DNA of 64,000 nucleotides from the NCBI RefSeq assembly GCF_009914755.1, contig NC_060931.1. The stretch is one strand, 5' to 3'. Position numbers and translations under genes: made by a program. This document shows, in pieces, positions 1 through 17,249 of this stretch; the first letter of the stretch is position 1; every line of letters starts with the position of its first letter. The DNA is from the human T2T-CHM13v2.0 reference genome, Homo sapiens. The notes beneath the pieces are model-generated. The model was not told where the DNA came from. It saw only the letters and a program-made list of their open reading frames with translations, and did no database searches.

Positions 1-115
1 TCAGTGCCATGGGCCATTTCTGCTGCTTTCAGAAGCCCCCTTTAAGCCTCAGTGTTTCTAGGCTGAGGCCCTGACTGACTCTTTATTTGTGTCCTAATGA
101 ATCCCCCACACATAA

Positions 116-505
<390 letters not shown>

Positions 506-1388
506 AAAAATTTTTTTATTTTAACTTGACATATAACTGATTATGAAAATGTCAACTTTATGGGTAGATATACATGCAAATATGTGCAAAAATGCTAATG
601 ATGTAAGAAGACGAGCATTTCTACATTTTATCTAATGATTTCATGGAGTTGCTATTTTACCTTTTCCTGTCTTTATATTTTCATTGGGAAAATCCTCAGT
701 GAAGACTCCTCAGTATGATAGACAAAATGATGTGCACAATCAATCATTGATAGATGCAGTGAAGTAACTTCTGGTTTTCATTTGGAGCTCTCACAGCTGG
801 GATTAAAACCTCTTGGTTGTAAACTCACATGATGAGTAGTTATACTATGCTGTCCTCTTCTGCACATTTGTCTACCATCACAACTTTTAGAATAGCCAAA
901 GGAAAAAGTGGAAAATAGTTTCCCTCAGACCTACTCATCTCCCTTTCATAGGTTTTCAGGTTGTGCATTGTTCAGATTGCTTAGAAGCTCATGATCACAG
1001 AGGTCATATTTGTCAAGAGAAAGCTTTGTTGCACGAAGATTAAGTGAAGTTGTTTACCACCCAGGGCCCATGGTTCCTCCAGAGGCAGGATGAGCTTAAA
1101 AACCATCAATGAAGCCAGAACGTGATGACAGAAGTTGAGGGCTGCCAGAGGAGAAAGCAAAATGCTCCCTTTTCTTTCCAAGTGGTCACTGCTTATTCTG
1201 GCATTAATCTTGCTTCTGACTACGATGTGTTTCTTAGTCATGTTTTTTGGTGTTCCACTGATTGTGCACCTAAGACGCCTGGATGAGAGCGGTAAAGACA
1301 ACAACTGCATCCTTCCACAGCTGATGCCTTGGTGAGCTTTGAAGCACATTGAGCAGTCTGAAATCCTTCCTCACTATGGGGTAAGTTG

Positions 1389-1850
1389 TGTCAAATTCGA
1401 CTCCCATGGAAATGGCACCATGTTCAAGATGTCAAAGAAGAAACTCAGAACCAGTGAATGAGATGTGGAGTTTTACTGGGGACTTTTACATAGAGGGGAG
1501 AATGTCCAGTGTCTGTGGGCTTAGCAGGATAACCACACCCACTTGCAAAAAGTGTGTAGTTTGTATAGCATTTTTATTTAGCACATTTTTTTCTGAACAA
1601 CCTTCCATCTATCAGCCTTCATTTAACAAAAAAGGAATGGCCTCAATCTCGTATGGCCTGTATTCCATTCCACAGAATGGGACAGACCAGGGGCTCAGAT
1701 GTTCCTCATAGATACAAAATAATCTCCAGATTGGCCTCTACTAGAGTTTTTAGCTTGGAACTCTGAACACTCAGAAGCATTTTTTAATACACGGTCAGTC
1801 TCCAGGTATGCCCAAGTCAAGTGAACACTGTCAGTTGCATCCATTATACA
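1389..1850 (-). mobile_element. Solo LTR, ERVL class (LTR47-like)
   Basis: TG...CA termini, ~460 bp; start resembles the recalled reverse LTR47 consensus (gactcccatggaaatggcacca.gttcaaga...); subfamily not verified. Confidence 0.5.
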
Positions 1851-4179
1851 GGCTGGTTCAGGCAGTGGAGGTTCTTCCTGAGACTCGATTCAAAAAAGCT
1901 TTTGCTTTTTCTTCAATCGATGGGTTGACAGTTTACTAAAAGGCCTGATGTGTGTGCACATTGCTGGTACAGTTGTCTAAGTTTATGAGATGGTTTCTTA
2001 GTTGATAGGGTCTGTTTCTGTTACAGGGTGACAAGCTGCTGAGGTGCCCCTTCTCCACTTTTTCATTGGACCTTGACTATTCTGGGGCTTCAGTTCCACT
2101 ATTTTCCAAGGTGGGACGTGCTAAAACAGACCCTGAAATTGTGATTCAGGGTGACCAGGCTGAGGCTGCCCTTTAAAAGGCAGAACTGCTAGGTCTGTCT
2201 TATTTGCCTTGTCATTCTAATGTATCTTTTGGTATGGAGACCAGAAAAAGAGTCTTGAGTATGTGACAGGCTTCCTGCTAGAGTTGGTACTATTTATACA
2301 TGACTCTTAACAGTCAAGGTAGGTTGAGACATCTCTCTTCCTGGCACAACCTGAGTAGGCTAGAGCACTGTGACCCTTAAAGCTTAGCTCATGCGGTCTT
2401 CAGAGGAATTTCAAAAACCATAGGATATAGGATGTGGGGGGTAGAGAAAAAGCTGGCAGAAATAACAAGTTGCAGGTGAAATACTTGGAGCCAGGAAGAG
2501 AATGGGACCTGCTTGGAACAGTACACACACTGCCTGGGTGCAGCTGAATAGTCAAGCGAGTTTTCCGATTTGGGCCTTGTGCCGTGGAATTAACAGGCCC
2601 ACTTCTGCTCTGGCCTGGGTGCTGAACTCTGGTTCTAAAACAAAATGTGAATTCTGGACCCTGGAATTCCAGTTGGGTTTCACAGGCCAGTGGACTGAGA
2701 AGGCCCGCAAAAGTGATCGTGGGTGGGCTTAGCAAACACAGCTGGTTGCTTTTGTGCCTACACTCACAAAGAAGAAAGATCTTCATCCTCAAGGCATGCC
2801 AGGGAGGTCTGAGGCTTATGGGAGCCAGTGAAGAAAAAAGGTGATGCCTCAGCCCAGTGCTTTTGCCCCTGCTGGCTTGTGGCTTTGGGGGCTCAAATTG
2901 CTCATCAGAAAAATGGGCAATCAAAGCCCCTCAGTGACTGGCTGCTTACCCCACTTTTACCAGTCCACTGCGCAGTGCCCACCCTGCAGCTCCAGGTACA
3001 GCCTCTGCTTCAAAAGGCTGGGGGATCTCTGGGGTGAGTTCAGGGCCGTGAGAGGGTTCTTCTACTCATGGACCCCCCCATACCTACCCCTCTGTGCCCA
3101 CCTGACAGCTCACCATGCCTGCAGTATGACACCCTTATTGCCTGCTCTTGGCAAGCCCACGTCTCCCTGGGTTGGCTAGGGGCACATGTTCACTGAAGCC
3201 CAGTTGACCTGTCCATCCTTCCTCCAATGCACAGCCTCAGGTAGGTGCCACCCGGGTTTCCTCCTAGAATGTAATCTCAGGCGGTCACAGTAGCACATTC
3301 TGCTCTAACTTATTGACTAGTTCTTCAATAAGTCACTTAATGTGCCAAGATGGGTGCGGGCCTTGACACTCTCCTACCGCTAGTGGGGCTGCATTGGGGG
3401 TTACCATCCTGATTTCTTGGTGGAAAAAGCTAGCAGGTGAGGCAGGACTTAAGGGCCAGGGATAGAAAAGAGCACCTTGGCTGGCCTCCCCCAGGGCCCT
3501 CTGAGGCCCTTGCAGGCAGAAGGGCTCAGTGGAGCTCCAGGCCTTTTCTAGGATGGTTCCAATAGCCCCTTCCTGGACCTCCAAGAAGGGCCTACTCTTT
3601 CTGCAACCTGCACCCACTGGTCTCTAGGAGGTGAGCATCCATTTCTCTTTGTGGACATGGCCTTCTGCTTCATTTCCATGTGATGTTCTCTTAAAAGAAA
3701 TGCCCAGGGAATCCTGGGCCTGTGCTGGGGGTTCTCAAAGTGCCAAAGTCAGTAAGAGAGTCTCAAGAATATGATTAATAGTATTTTCTGCACATTACTA
3801 TCTCAGGGCTACTTTTGTCCAATAATGTGTAAAAACAAAAATTAAGATGTTGATCCTTTATTTTAATTAGGTCGTCATACAAACCTTTTGTTTTCATGAA
3901 TTTTCATGCCAGTCATTGAATTTCTGTTTTCCTCTTTGTTCAAATTGTTACCTGTTTTAGAGGCAAAAATCTTAAAAAAAAAAAAAGCCTCACAAATACT
4001 AACAGTTGACAGCAATTTATTTAAAATGTAATTAGATTTCTTAAATAAGTAAATAATTTAAGAAAACAGCTTATATTACTTGTATGAATTATTTTACATC
4101 TTATCTTCAATCTTAAAAAAATTTTGGCTAGGTATGCAATTCAAAATTGACAGATTTTTAAAATTACTATTATTTTGAA

Positions 4180-5160
4180 AAATTGCCCAATTCATAGTCC
4201 AAAAAAAAAATACCAATCTTACTGGGTTTTACTACTAGCAGAAGCTGGGTTATCTTAGGATCTGATGCAACAAAACCACTCTTTATATATCACTCAATTG
4301 CCCAAAATCTACCCAAAACTGAAGGCTGATCCTGTCAGTTCCTAAGAAGACAGTCTTAAAACATGCCCAATTTTCATTTAGCCTTGTTTCCCACTTCTAC
4401 CTTCCAGTAATGTCTGCCAGAACTACACTTCTGAGACCCCAGGATAGCAGGGCAGAAATAAAATCTCCTTGGGTTATAACACGTTTGGTTTTGTTCTTCC
4501 ATATCACACAGGTTTTCTCATCTCGGAGACAGTAAGTTGAAGATGTGCTGTGTCAAGATCTAGAACCAAGGCCGGGTGCAATGGCTCATGCCTGTATTCC
4601 CATTACTTTGGGAACCTGAGCGGGGCAGATCATGAGGTTAGGAGATCAAGGCCATCCTGGCTAACACAGTGAAAACCCATCCCTACTAAAAGTACAAAAA
4701 ATTAGTCAAGCACGGTGGGGGGGTTGCCTGTAGTCCCAGTTACTCGGGAGGCTGAAGCAAAAGAATTGCTTGAAACTGGGAGGTGGAAGTTGCAGTGAGC
4801 CAAGATTGTGCCATGGAACTCCAGCCTGGGCGACAGAGCGAGACTCCATTTCAGAAAGAAAAAAAAAAATCTAGAATAAATTCTACTTGAAATGGCTTGA
4901 TAATTCTGTCTCAGCCAGAACATAGACGAGGAAGACTAAAACCCTATTTTGTTAATCTAAATGAAAAGAGTTCAGGGCATTTTCAGTTTCAAAACCGGTG
5001 GAGCATACTCTTAACATGTGTCAGCAATTCCAGATTTGACAGCATAGACTTCCCCTCTAACTCCCTCAATAGATGTTCAAATGTAGAAACACAATCCAAA
5101 AACTTTACAAGGTTTTCACTTAGTTTTGCTAAAATGTCCATCTCTTCGTCTTGTTTTAAT
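4180..5160 (-). pseudogene. TRIM60P: TRIM60 pseudogene fragment (late coiled-coil + PRY/SPRY), no RING/B-box, Alu-interrupted
   Basis: Minus-strand translation gives QDEEMDILAKLSENLVKFLDCVSTFEHLLRELEGKSMLSNLELL...KCPELFSFRLTK*GFSLP...DRIIKPFQV...[33 protein letters not shown]...VVKPSKIGIF.LDYELG, matching recalled TRIM60; many stops and frameshifts. Confidence 0.9.
4570..4868 (+). mobile_element. Alu (AluSc/Y-like) inserted in TRIM60P
   Basis: Full Alu with A-tail; degenerate TSD atctagaaccaa (4558-4569) / atctagaataaa (4869-4880). Confidence 0.97.
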
Positions 5161-6799
5161 TGGGAGAGCCAATTGTGCACCATAGGTACAATTATGCTCT
5201 CTTCATATGCAGAACTAATGTCACTACTATAAATATTTTCAGTTTTTCACCTGAGACCACAAACTAATTTCAAAGAGAATATTGATTTCTAATTATGTAG
5301 CTTCTACTACATAGCTAGTATTGTTTTTGTTGGTTAACTTCATGTATATGCCAATATTAAATGTTCAACTGTTTACTTGAATAAATTGACCCAATATATT
5401 TAATAAAGTATATCAATTTTATAAAGTAAAATGATCAATAACTAAATGAAAATTGGATTAAATAGCATTCTCTAAACAAAACAGAAAATGTACTGAATAA
5501 ATAACACACAATAATAAACTCAGTGTGAAATTACTCACATGTGAAAATTATTCTGTGAACACCATTAAATTTTGTCAGTCACTATCATAATCTCTGAGGG
5601 GATTATACAAACAATGTTTTATGAAATTAGATGAATAGAAAAGTATATATTATGTCTATGGTGAGCAACAGGCAAACAGACAAACCAAAAAAAGAAAAAG
5701 AGAATTTGCACAAAATAATGCTAAGCCAGAAGCAATAACATTTTAGATAAATGAATTTCATACAAAGCAGAGAAAATAGATTTGCTTTCAAAATCTTTGA
5801 AATTTCTGGTTTGCTGGTAAGATATCAACACTTGTAAAATTATCTGTTTCATTCTAATATTTTTCTTTTCAAAATAGGTATACAAACATAAACAAATGAT
5901 TACTTTCTCTATAAATCTGTTACAACTAAAGTTTATTTTACATTACACGTCTGTATATTTAAATCTATATATATCAAAACTAAAGGTCTCTATGTTTAAC
6001 AGACCAGATACATCACATGTTCAACAGAAAAAAGAATATTTTGTAACTAGTTGTTCAGAATTCAGAAACATATAGCTCCATTATACTCATATAATCTTCA
6101 TTACAACCATCATAATAACCTGTAGTTACAAGAAAAACAAAAATGTTAATTTGTAGGAATCATATTCTCCAAATTATGTTAAGTTAAAGACCACTGACAA
6201 AGAAATCACTAGAGATGTTATTCCACAGTCACACAATAGTATATTGTTACCATCTGTTGACCTACAACCTTGGGTAAGATGAGATAAATTAACATCAGTG
6301 GCAAGACACACATTAGGTGTAAAATAGCCTTAACTCAATAACAACAATTTTGGTTTATTAAAACAAGTTCACACATTGTCATTAAAAAGGCATTTTGAAA
6401 TTCACTGTATTTTAATTACCTTAGTTTGCAAATGGTAAAGCAATTTTCTCCTAAAATTCAAATTGTTTCTCTTACTATGCAGAATATTATCCTAATCACT
6501 TACCACACTTCTATCACCCTGTCACTTATAATACTGCTGTAAGCCAACCACTAAGTGGCCTTTCCACTTAGAATTTCTTCATGTATCTTAGATTTCAGTT
6601 TCCTTAATCTTCCATGGGAAAGTACATAAATCTTTTTATCTAATATGGAAGAACTTCTCCTAACTCTGGTGCAGCAACCATTGACCATGTTCTTTCACAT
6701 AAATTCTAGAATGAAGACATAGCATCAAATGTAAGAGTTAAATTATGTGAATACTTGCTTTTGAAAATATATTAAATTCTTTTAAAATAAAAAAGTAGA

Positions 6800-9700
6800 A
6801 GGAGCTAGACTGTGTAGCTTCATAGAGAGGAATGCAAGGTGTGTGTAGATACAGCACCTTCAACTGAAACATCCAGGTACTTGCATTGGAACTAATGAAA
6901 GAAACAACTTAACTTACGGAGAATGGAGTAAAGCAAGGCAGGACAATGGGCCACCCGGGAACAACATGGAGCCAAGGGAACCTCCCCACCCAGTAAGGCA
7001 GTGAGTGCATGTGTGACCCTAGAAACCCATGATTCTCCCACAGACCTTTGCAACCTTCAGGTGAGGAGATACCCTCATGAACCCACTTCACCAAGGCCTT
7101 CAGTTTAACACACAGAGCTACACGGAGTCTCAGCAGAGCAGCCACTGAGGCCTGCATAGAGATTCAAGAGTCTTAGATACTCTGGCTTTCCAGGCTTCCC
7201 AGAAAAAGTAGCTGCAACTCTAGCAAAGTAGGGCATTACACCTCTGTACATACCCATGGGAAAGAGGCGGGACCCAAGTGGCTGAGCAGTGATGGTCCGT
7301 AGGACCCACTTCCACAGTGCCTCACAGGGTAACACCTACTGGCTTAGAATTACAGCCAACCACTGGTAGCAGCACTGCACCCCCCAGGGATGGAGCTACC
7401 AGAAAGAGGAATGGGCCATCATCTTTGCTTCTTGGGCAACTTAGCCATTCCAGCCTTCATGCTTTGAAGAGCCCAAGCTGACTGGGGGCAGAAAGCATCT
7501 CCTAGCACAGTACAGGTGCTCTAAAAAGACATGGCCAGACTATCTGTTAAAGCAGGTCCCCAATCTAGTTCCTCCTAACTGCAAACTACTTCCCACCCAG
7601 GGTCTCCAGCTACCACCACTGGTGCTCTTTGATCAATGGAGTTTGAATCCTCTTTGGGATACAGTTCCTAGAGGGAAGAGTGAGCTGCCATTTTTGATGT
7701 TTGTGTGACTTAGCTGTTCCAGCCTTCTGGCTTTGGAGAGTCCAAATAAACTGGGGGTGGAAGTGGTACTTCAGCACAACAGAGCTATCCTATAAAAATG
7801 TGGCTAGACTGCTTTTTTTTTGGGACAGAGTCTCACTGTCGCCAGGCTGGAATGAAGTGGCACAATCTTGGCTCACTGAAACCTCTGCCTCCTGGGTTCA
7901 AGCAATTCTCCTGCCTCAGCCTCCCGAGTAGATAAGATTACAGGTGCGCGCCACCACACCCAGCTAATTTTCTTCTTTTGTATTTTAGTAGAGACAGGAT
8001 TTCACCATGTTGCCCAGGCTAGTCTAGAACTCCTGAGCTCAGGCAATCCACCTACCTTGGCCTCACAAAGTGCTAGGTACTGCACCCAGCCTACACTACT
8101 TTCTTAGGTGGGTCCCCAATCATGTTCTCCTCACTGGCTAAGACTTTTCAACAGGGGTTTCCAGGTACCTTCTACAGGTGCTTTGGGGCTGGAAACAGGC
8201 CTGTACCTCCCTGGGATGGAGCCCTTAGAGAAAAGGGCATGTTGTCATTGTTGCTGTTTTGCAGCATTCAGCGGTGTTAAAAGTCAGATGCTGGAAAATC
8301 TGAGGTGACTAGAAACTGCAGTGGACACCCAGCATACTGCAGCAGCCCTTCAGTAAAGTGGCCAGACTGTTACATGAGTGCCTTTTCTCATATATTCTCA
8401 CTGGTCAGGTTCTCCAGGCCTGGGCCACTAGCCAATTTCTTCCAGAGCTATTCAGCCAGTAGCAACTTAGAAACTCCCTGGCCAGAGCCTCCAGGGACAA
8501 CTGAAAATATTTCTGCCTCTGCTTCTGCAGTAGAACTGTCCTTGCTACTCTCAGACTAATGAAAAATCCAAAACCCTAAGGCCTTATTCACACCTCAAAC
8601 AAGCTGCAGTTTACCCAAGGAGAGGAGGCCAGTCCATCCTCCATGGGTCCCACAAACTACACACTGCTTATCACCAGACAGTGAACAACTAACTTGGCCA
8701 AAAGCACAGATCCTCCATCCTGGGCAGACTGCACTGAGTGATTACGGGCCTAAACGTCTCTGAGATGCAGCCCCCAGAAGACAAGCAAAGAGGTGGGGCA
8801 GCAAGCCAGCTCATGTGGTGCCCAGAGGGTTGAGCTCAAGAGCATCTGTAATAAAGTGTGGCCATTGATGGCCATTTCTCTAGGCTCAACTTTCTCCCAT
8901 AAGAGACTTTATCCTTAGGGGAACTGTTGGACCTAATTTCTGCAGGATGGTCTTGCAAATCAGAAGAAGCTGGTCCAACTGAGCACTCCTTGGTCTGCTG
9001 GCCTCTCCCAGGGACTCAGTCTGACCACAGCTGCTTACAGGGCAGTCTCAGGTACATTAGGAGCCCATATCAGAGCATATGCACTGGTGGGCCATGCCTG
9101 ACCCATGAAGAGCTCCAGCAAGGTAGCGTCTATGAATGGACCAGCCCACATGTTTCTTCCCCATACTACAGCTTCCCCTGAGACCATGACAACTCCCCAA
9201 ATTACTTTGCTGGCATATGCCTGCAAAGGTGAGTTTGGCTTTGCTTGCTCCACCATCAAATGGAAATGCAGTATGACCCTGCCACCCCCAAGCAATTGCC
9301 ATTGTAGATGAAGCTTTGGTGGGTAGACAGCCAGAAAGCCCCACCCTGGCCTTTGTGGTAACACTGTGGGGAGAACAGGGTATCCTCCCACACTCTGAAC
9401 AATCACTCCTTCTTGGGGGACACAGAGAAGGCATCAGAACCTTCACTGGCCAGTATCCTGCCCCAAGCCAACAATACCTTTAGTGCAACAGCACACAGTC
9501 TCCAGCAGGTAGCCCCTACTCCCCCACCAGCGGCTTTGCTCCTGCCACTGAGGTGAATACCCAAAGACAGGCAGAAACCCCATATCCACTAGCACTCTGC
9601 TACAGCTGTGGCACGTTAGTCCCATAGAGTGGTGGACTCCAAATCACAAGGAGCCACAGAACACAGTTGGGGCCCAATACAAGTCCCCCAGAGTTAGAGT

Positions 9701-11322
9701 ACACAGACTCTGAGTTGTGAGCTGAGCATTACCTCCTGTCCATCACCAAAAAAAAAAAAAAAAAAAAAATCTCCCAGGAACAAAGCTTGTTGGCTGAAAT
9801 CACCTTTTACCACAATCAAATACTCAAGACCATCAAATAGGATCCAAAAATCCAAAACCCCATTCAAGGTTCAGCAACTTCAAAGATATGCCCACAGAGA
9901 TGAGAGAAAATCAGTACAAAAATGTTGAAAACACAAAAAGCCAGAGTGACTTATTTCATCCAAATGACCAAATTACATTTCCAGTATGGCCTAAGCTTAA
10001 TGACAGAAGCAAAATTCAGAATATGGATAGAGACAAACTTCATTGAGTTACAAAAGTAAGTTGCAAGGAAGGACAAATGCAAGGAAGGACAAAATTGCAG
10101 GAACTGACGGAAAAAAAACAACCAGTCTAGAGAAAAATATGGCCAAATTAATAGAGCTGAAAAACACAATACAAAACCTTTATAATGTAACCACAAGTAT
10201 TAATAGAAGAATACACCAGGCAGGGGGAAGAATCTCAGAGCCTCAAGACTGGCTTTCTGAAATAAGACAGACAAGAGTACTGAAGAAAGAATAAAGCAGA
10301 ATTAACAAAACCTCTGAGAAATATGGGATTATGTAAAGAAACCTGTGAAGAAACCAAATCTATGATTAAAGGGAGTGCCTGAAAGCAATAGGAGTAAGAA
10401 AACAACTTGAAACACATATTTCAGGATAACATCCATGAGAACTTCCCTAACCTAGATACAGAGGCCAACATTTCAAAGGCAGAAAATGTGGAGAACCCCA
10501 GTGAGATACCCCATAAGGTGGTCATCCCCAAGATACATAATCATGAGGTTCTTCAAGGTCAAAATCAAAGAAAAAATATGTTAAAGGCAGCTAGAGAGAA
10601 AGGCCAGGTCACTTCTAAAAAGAAGCCCATCAGACAAACAACAAAGCTTTCAACCGAAATCCTACAAGTCAGAAGAGATTAAGGGCCAATATTCAACATT
10701 CTTAAAAAATAATTCTAACTCAGAAGTTCATATCCGGCCAAAGTAACCTTCGGAAGCAAAAAATAAATATGATCCTATTCAGAAAACCAAATGCTGAGGA
10801 AATCTGTTACCACAAGACCTGCCTTACAAGAGCTCTTGAAGAAGGCACTAAACAAGAAAAAGACGATTACCAGTCACTACAAAAACATACTGAAGTACAC
10901 AAACTGCTGACACAATAAAGCCACCACATAAAAAATGTGCAAAACAGCCAGCTAAGATCATACTGACAGAATCAAATCCACACATATGAATATTAACCCT
11001 AAATGCAAATGGGCTAAATGCTCCAATTAAAAATAGAGTAGCAAGCTGAATAAAGAATCAAGATCTAACGGTATGCTGTAATCGAGACACCCTTCTCAAA
11101 TAAGCTCAAAATACAGGGAAAAATAAAAATCTACCAAGCAAATAGAAAACAGAAGAAGAGCAGGGATTGCAATCCTAGTTTCTGGAAAAAGAGACTTTAA
11201 ATCAACACAGATTTAAAAAAAACAAAAAAAGACAAGGGCATTACATAATAGTAAAAGGCTATATATGCACCCAACACAAAAGCACCCAGATTATAAAGCA
11301 AGTTCTTAGAGACCCTCCAAGA
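6800..11322 (+). mobile_element. L1 (L1PA13-16/L1PREC2-like): 5'UTR, decayed ORF1, start of ORF2; 3'-truncated
   Basis: ORF1 remnants (KHIFQDNIHENFPNL; KNMLKAAREKGQVT, 10407-10682); endonuclease start ~10960 (ILTLNANGLNAPIK); stops abruptly at ~11322. Confidence 0.9.
7813..8091 (-). mobile_element. Alu (AluS) within L1 5'UTR
   Basis: Poly-T plus reverse Alu body with a short deletion near its 5' end. Confidence 0.95.
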
Positions 11323-11426
11323 TGTTGAATGTTCTTCAACAGTCATTAAATTTATACTTTATTTGTTCAGTATTGTCTCTGATGTTGAACACAATATGAC
11401 GACTTGTTAAAGGCTTCTCCACATTT

Positions 11427-12736
<1,310 letters not shown>

Positions 12737-13302
12737 GTGAAAAAAAAAAAAGAACAAAATGTCTCCCTCATTACACTCAGGTGAATATACTTTACAAATA
12801 TATAATTATACAAAGCACATTAACAAGGTGACACAATAAAATACCACAGGCTCTAATTCCTTTATAGACATATAAACTTAACAGAAATATACTGACCAAA
12901 ATGCCTTTGTGAGAAGTGTTAAGAACCAGTTAAGCATCTGCAGCACCCCAAGTGAGCAAAATGCCAAGAACCATATAGAAGTGTAATAAAAGTATTTCAT
13001 ATTTGCCCACCACAGCCATTCTTCATCCCATGATGACTTAAATATAGACTCCTGTCTTCCCCCTCCAAAAATAAATAAAATAGTGGTACATATGTCCATG
13101 CTTCTGACTTTTTGAGACCTTACCAAAGACTAATTTCTGTATTCCATGACAGTGTTGAAAGGAAAGGTGGTATAGTTTGACAGTTTCGGACAGCGGAGAC
13201 CAAAGGTAAATGACTGTTACAAGAGAAGAAAGACTTCAGCATCACAGACAGAGAATGGGTATAGCAAGTGATTACAGGGTCTCAATAAGAAACATGAGGG
13301 AT

Positions 13303-13597
13303 GGCAAGGAGTAGTGGCTCATGCCTGTAATCCCAGCACTTTGGGAGGCTGAGGTGGGCAGATCACCTGAGGTCAGAAGTTCAAGACCAGCCAGGTCAAC
13401 ATGGTGAAACCCATCTCTACTAAAAATACAAAAACTAGCCGGGTGTGGTGGCAGGTGCCTGTAATCCCAGCTACTCAGGAGGCTGAGGCAGGAGAATCAC
13501 TTTAACTCAGGAGGTGTAGGTTGCAGTTAGCCAAAATCACGCCATTGCACTCCAGCCTGGGCAACAAGAGTGAAACTCTGACTGGAAAAAAAAAAAA
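13303..13597 (+). mobile_element. Alu (AluSq/Sp-like)
   Basis: Full Alu with A-tail. Confidence 0.96.
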
Positions 13598-13769
13598 GAA
13601 ATCTTTTTAAACTAAAAAACACATTCCCAGAGAAAATATCCATAGAACCAGCTTGAGAGACTCCAAGAATCTCCAGCCTAAAAAATTGGTATCATATTCC
13701 CCCAGACAAAAACCACTTAATAAAGATCTTGACATGTGGCTTTTTATTATACAAATTAGAACCTAAGAT

Positions 13770-15480
<1,711 letters not shown>

Positions 15481-15481
15481 T

Positions 15482-15890
<409 letters not shown>

Positions 15891-15971
15891 TAAAATAGGG
15901 GCAACATTTTACACAGGCAAACAAACACAGAAATAATTATACTGGCAATATACATATGACTGATTCATACT

Positions 15972-16346
15972 GGTATATTATGTATTGCTAAGTTGTGGGA
16001 TATTGCTACTACTACTCAGGTAGATAGCACAGTACCCAATAGGTAGCTTTTCAGGCCTTGTCTCTTTCTTCCCTTCCTCCGCTAGTGGTCTCCAGCATCT
16101 ATTGTTTCCATCTTTATATCCAACGTATACCAATATTTAGCTCTCACTTATAAGTAAGAACATGCAGTATTTGGCTTTCTGTTTTTGTTTTAATTTACTT
16201 CAGATAATGGCTTTCAGCTGCATCAATGTTATTACAAAGAACGTAATTTTTTTTGGCTGTGTAGTATTTCATAGTGTATAGGTACCACAAATTTATCCAA
16301 TCCACCACTGATGGGCAACTAGATTGATTTTGTGTCATTGCTATTG
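15972..16346 (-). mobile_element. L1PB-type 3' end fragment
   Basis: Reverse L1 3'UTR/ORF2 end (ttagctctcacttataagtaagaacatgcagtatttgg). Confidence 0.8.
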
Positions 16347-17249
16347 AAGACAACAAAGTTTGAATAACTAGAATACAGTGATAGCAATAACATTTTAAAG
16401 AAAATGCATTATAATCATTCATAAAAAACTTTGATAAAAAAATATGAAGAAATAGGCCCTTAAATAGTACTGGACATATCTATTATGTCATTAATATATA
16501 GCTGCTATTTTAGCACAAAATATAAAGGCAATAAGGCAACCTTTGGAAGCAAAGCAAAGCATTACATTACTAAATAATATAAATATAAATATAGTACAAT
16601 ATGATATAAAATAAAATGAATTAGCAATAAATTTATACAATTACATAGACAAAGTTTGAGAAAAGTTGATGAAAATGCTGATAATTTTGTATGTAGTAAA
16701 CATAAACATATAAAAAAGATTTTAATACATGTGGTGTGCCTATTATCTAATTCACTTTTTATATAACATACATTTGAGCACATTAGCTCAGAACTTGTGA
16801 AATTACAGGCATAGTTGGTATACAGCAAACCAGAAAGAAAAAAATATACATAGGACAGAGCCCTAGTAAAATTCATAGTAAAGAAGATAAAATTTAAAAA
16901 TAATAGTTATTAAGAAATAGATAACGATTTGGAAATTATATGCTGGACAGTGTTCTAAGTAACCTATGGTATTACTGTTTTTAGGAATTCTGTGAGCTGG
17001 GTAGATAAAATCAACTATTCCACAGTAGAGGTATTTGCCATACAGCATTTAAATTTCTAAGCTTAGTTTCTGCTTAAAAAAAGATACTTTCGAAGTGAAA
17101 TAGATGTTTAGATTTTCTTGTAATCAGAAGCTTTGTGCTCTGATAAAAGTTCTCACTTTCATTTTCTGTATAAAGAATTGACTGGAAATTATAAAGCAGA
17201 AGACACATGACATCTGTCCCTAGCCTCTCTCAAATCTCTTGACCAAATC

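Noticed and set aside
981-1349. Overlapping ORFs including a hydrophobic 66-aa peptide (1135-1335)
   Set aside because: Non-ATG start in the track and no recognisable family; initially suspected to be TRIM60 N-terminus but no RING/B-box pattern
2400-2924. 174-aa minus-strand ORF, longest non-ZNF ORF
   Set aside because: No recognisable domain, non-ATG start, length plausible by chance in GC-rich DNA
11323-11341. 7-bp inverted repeat tgttgaa/ttcaaca at the L1-ZNF junction
   Set aside because: Too short; likely native degenerate-finger UTR sequence
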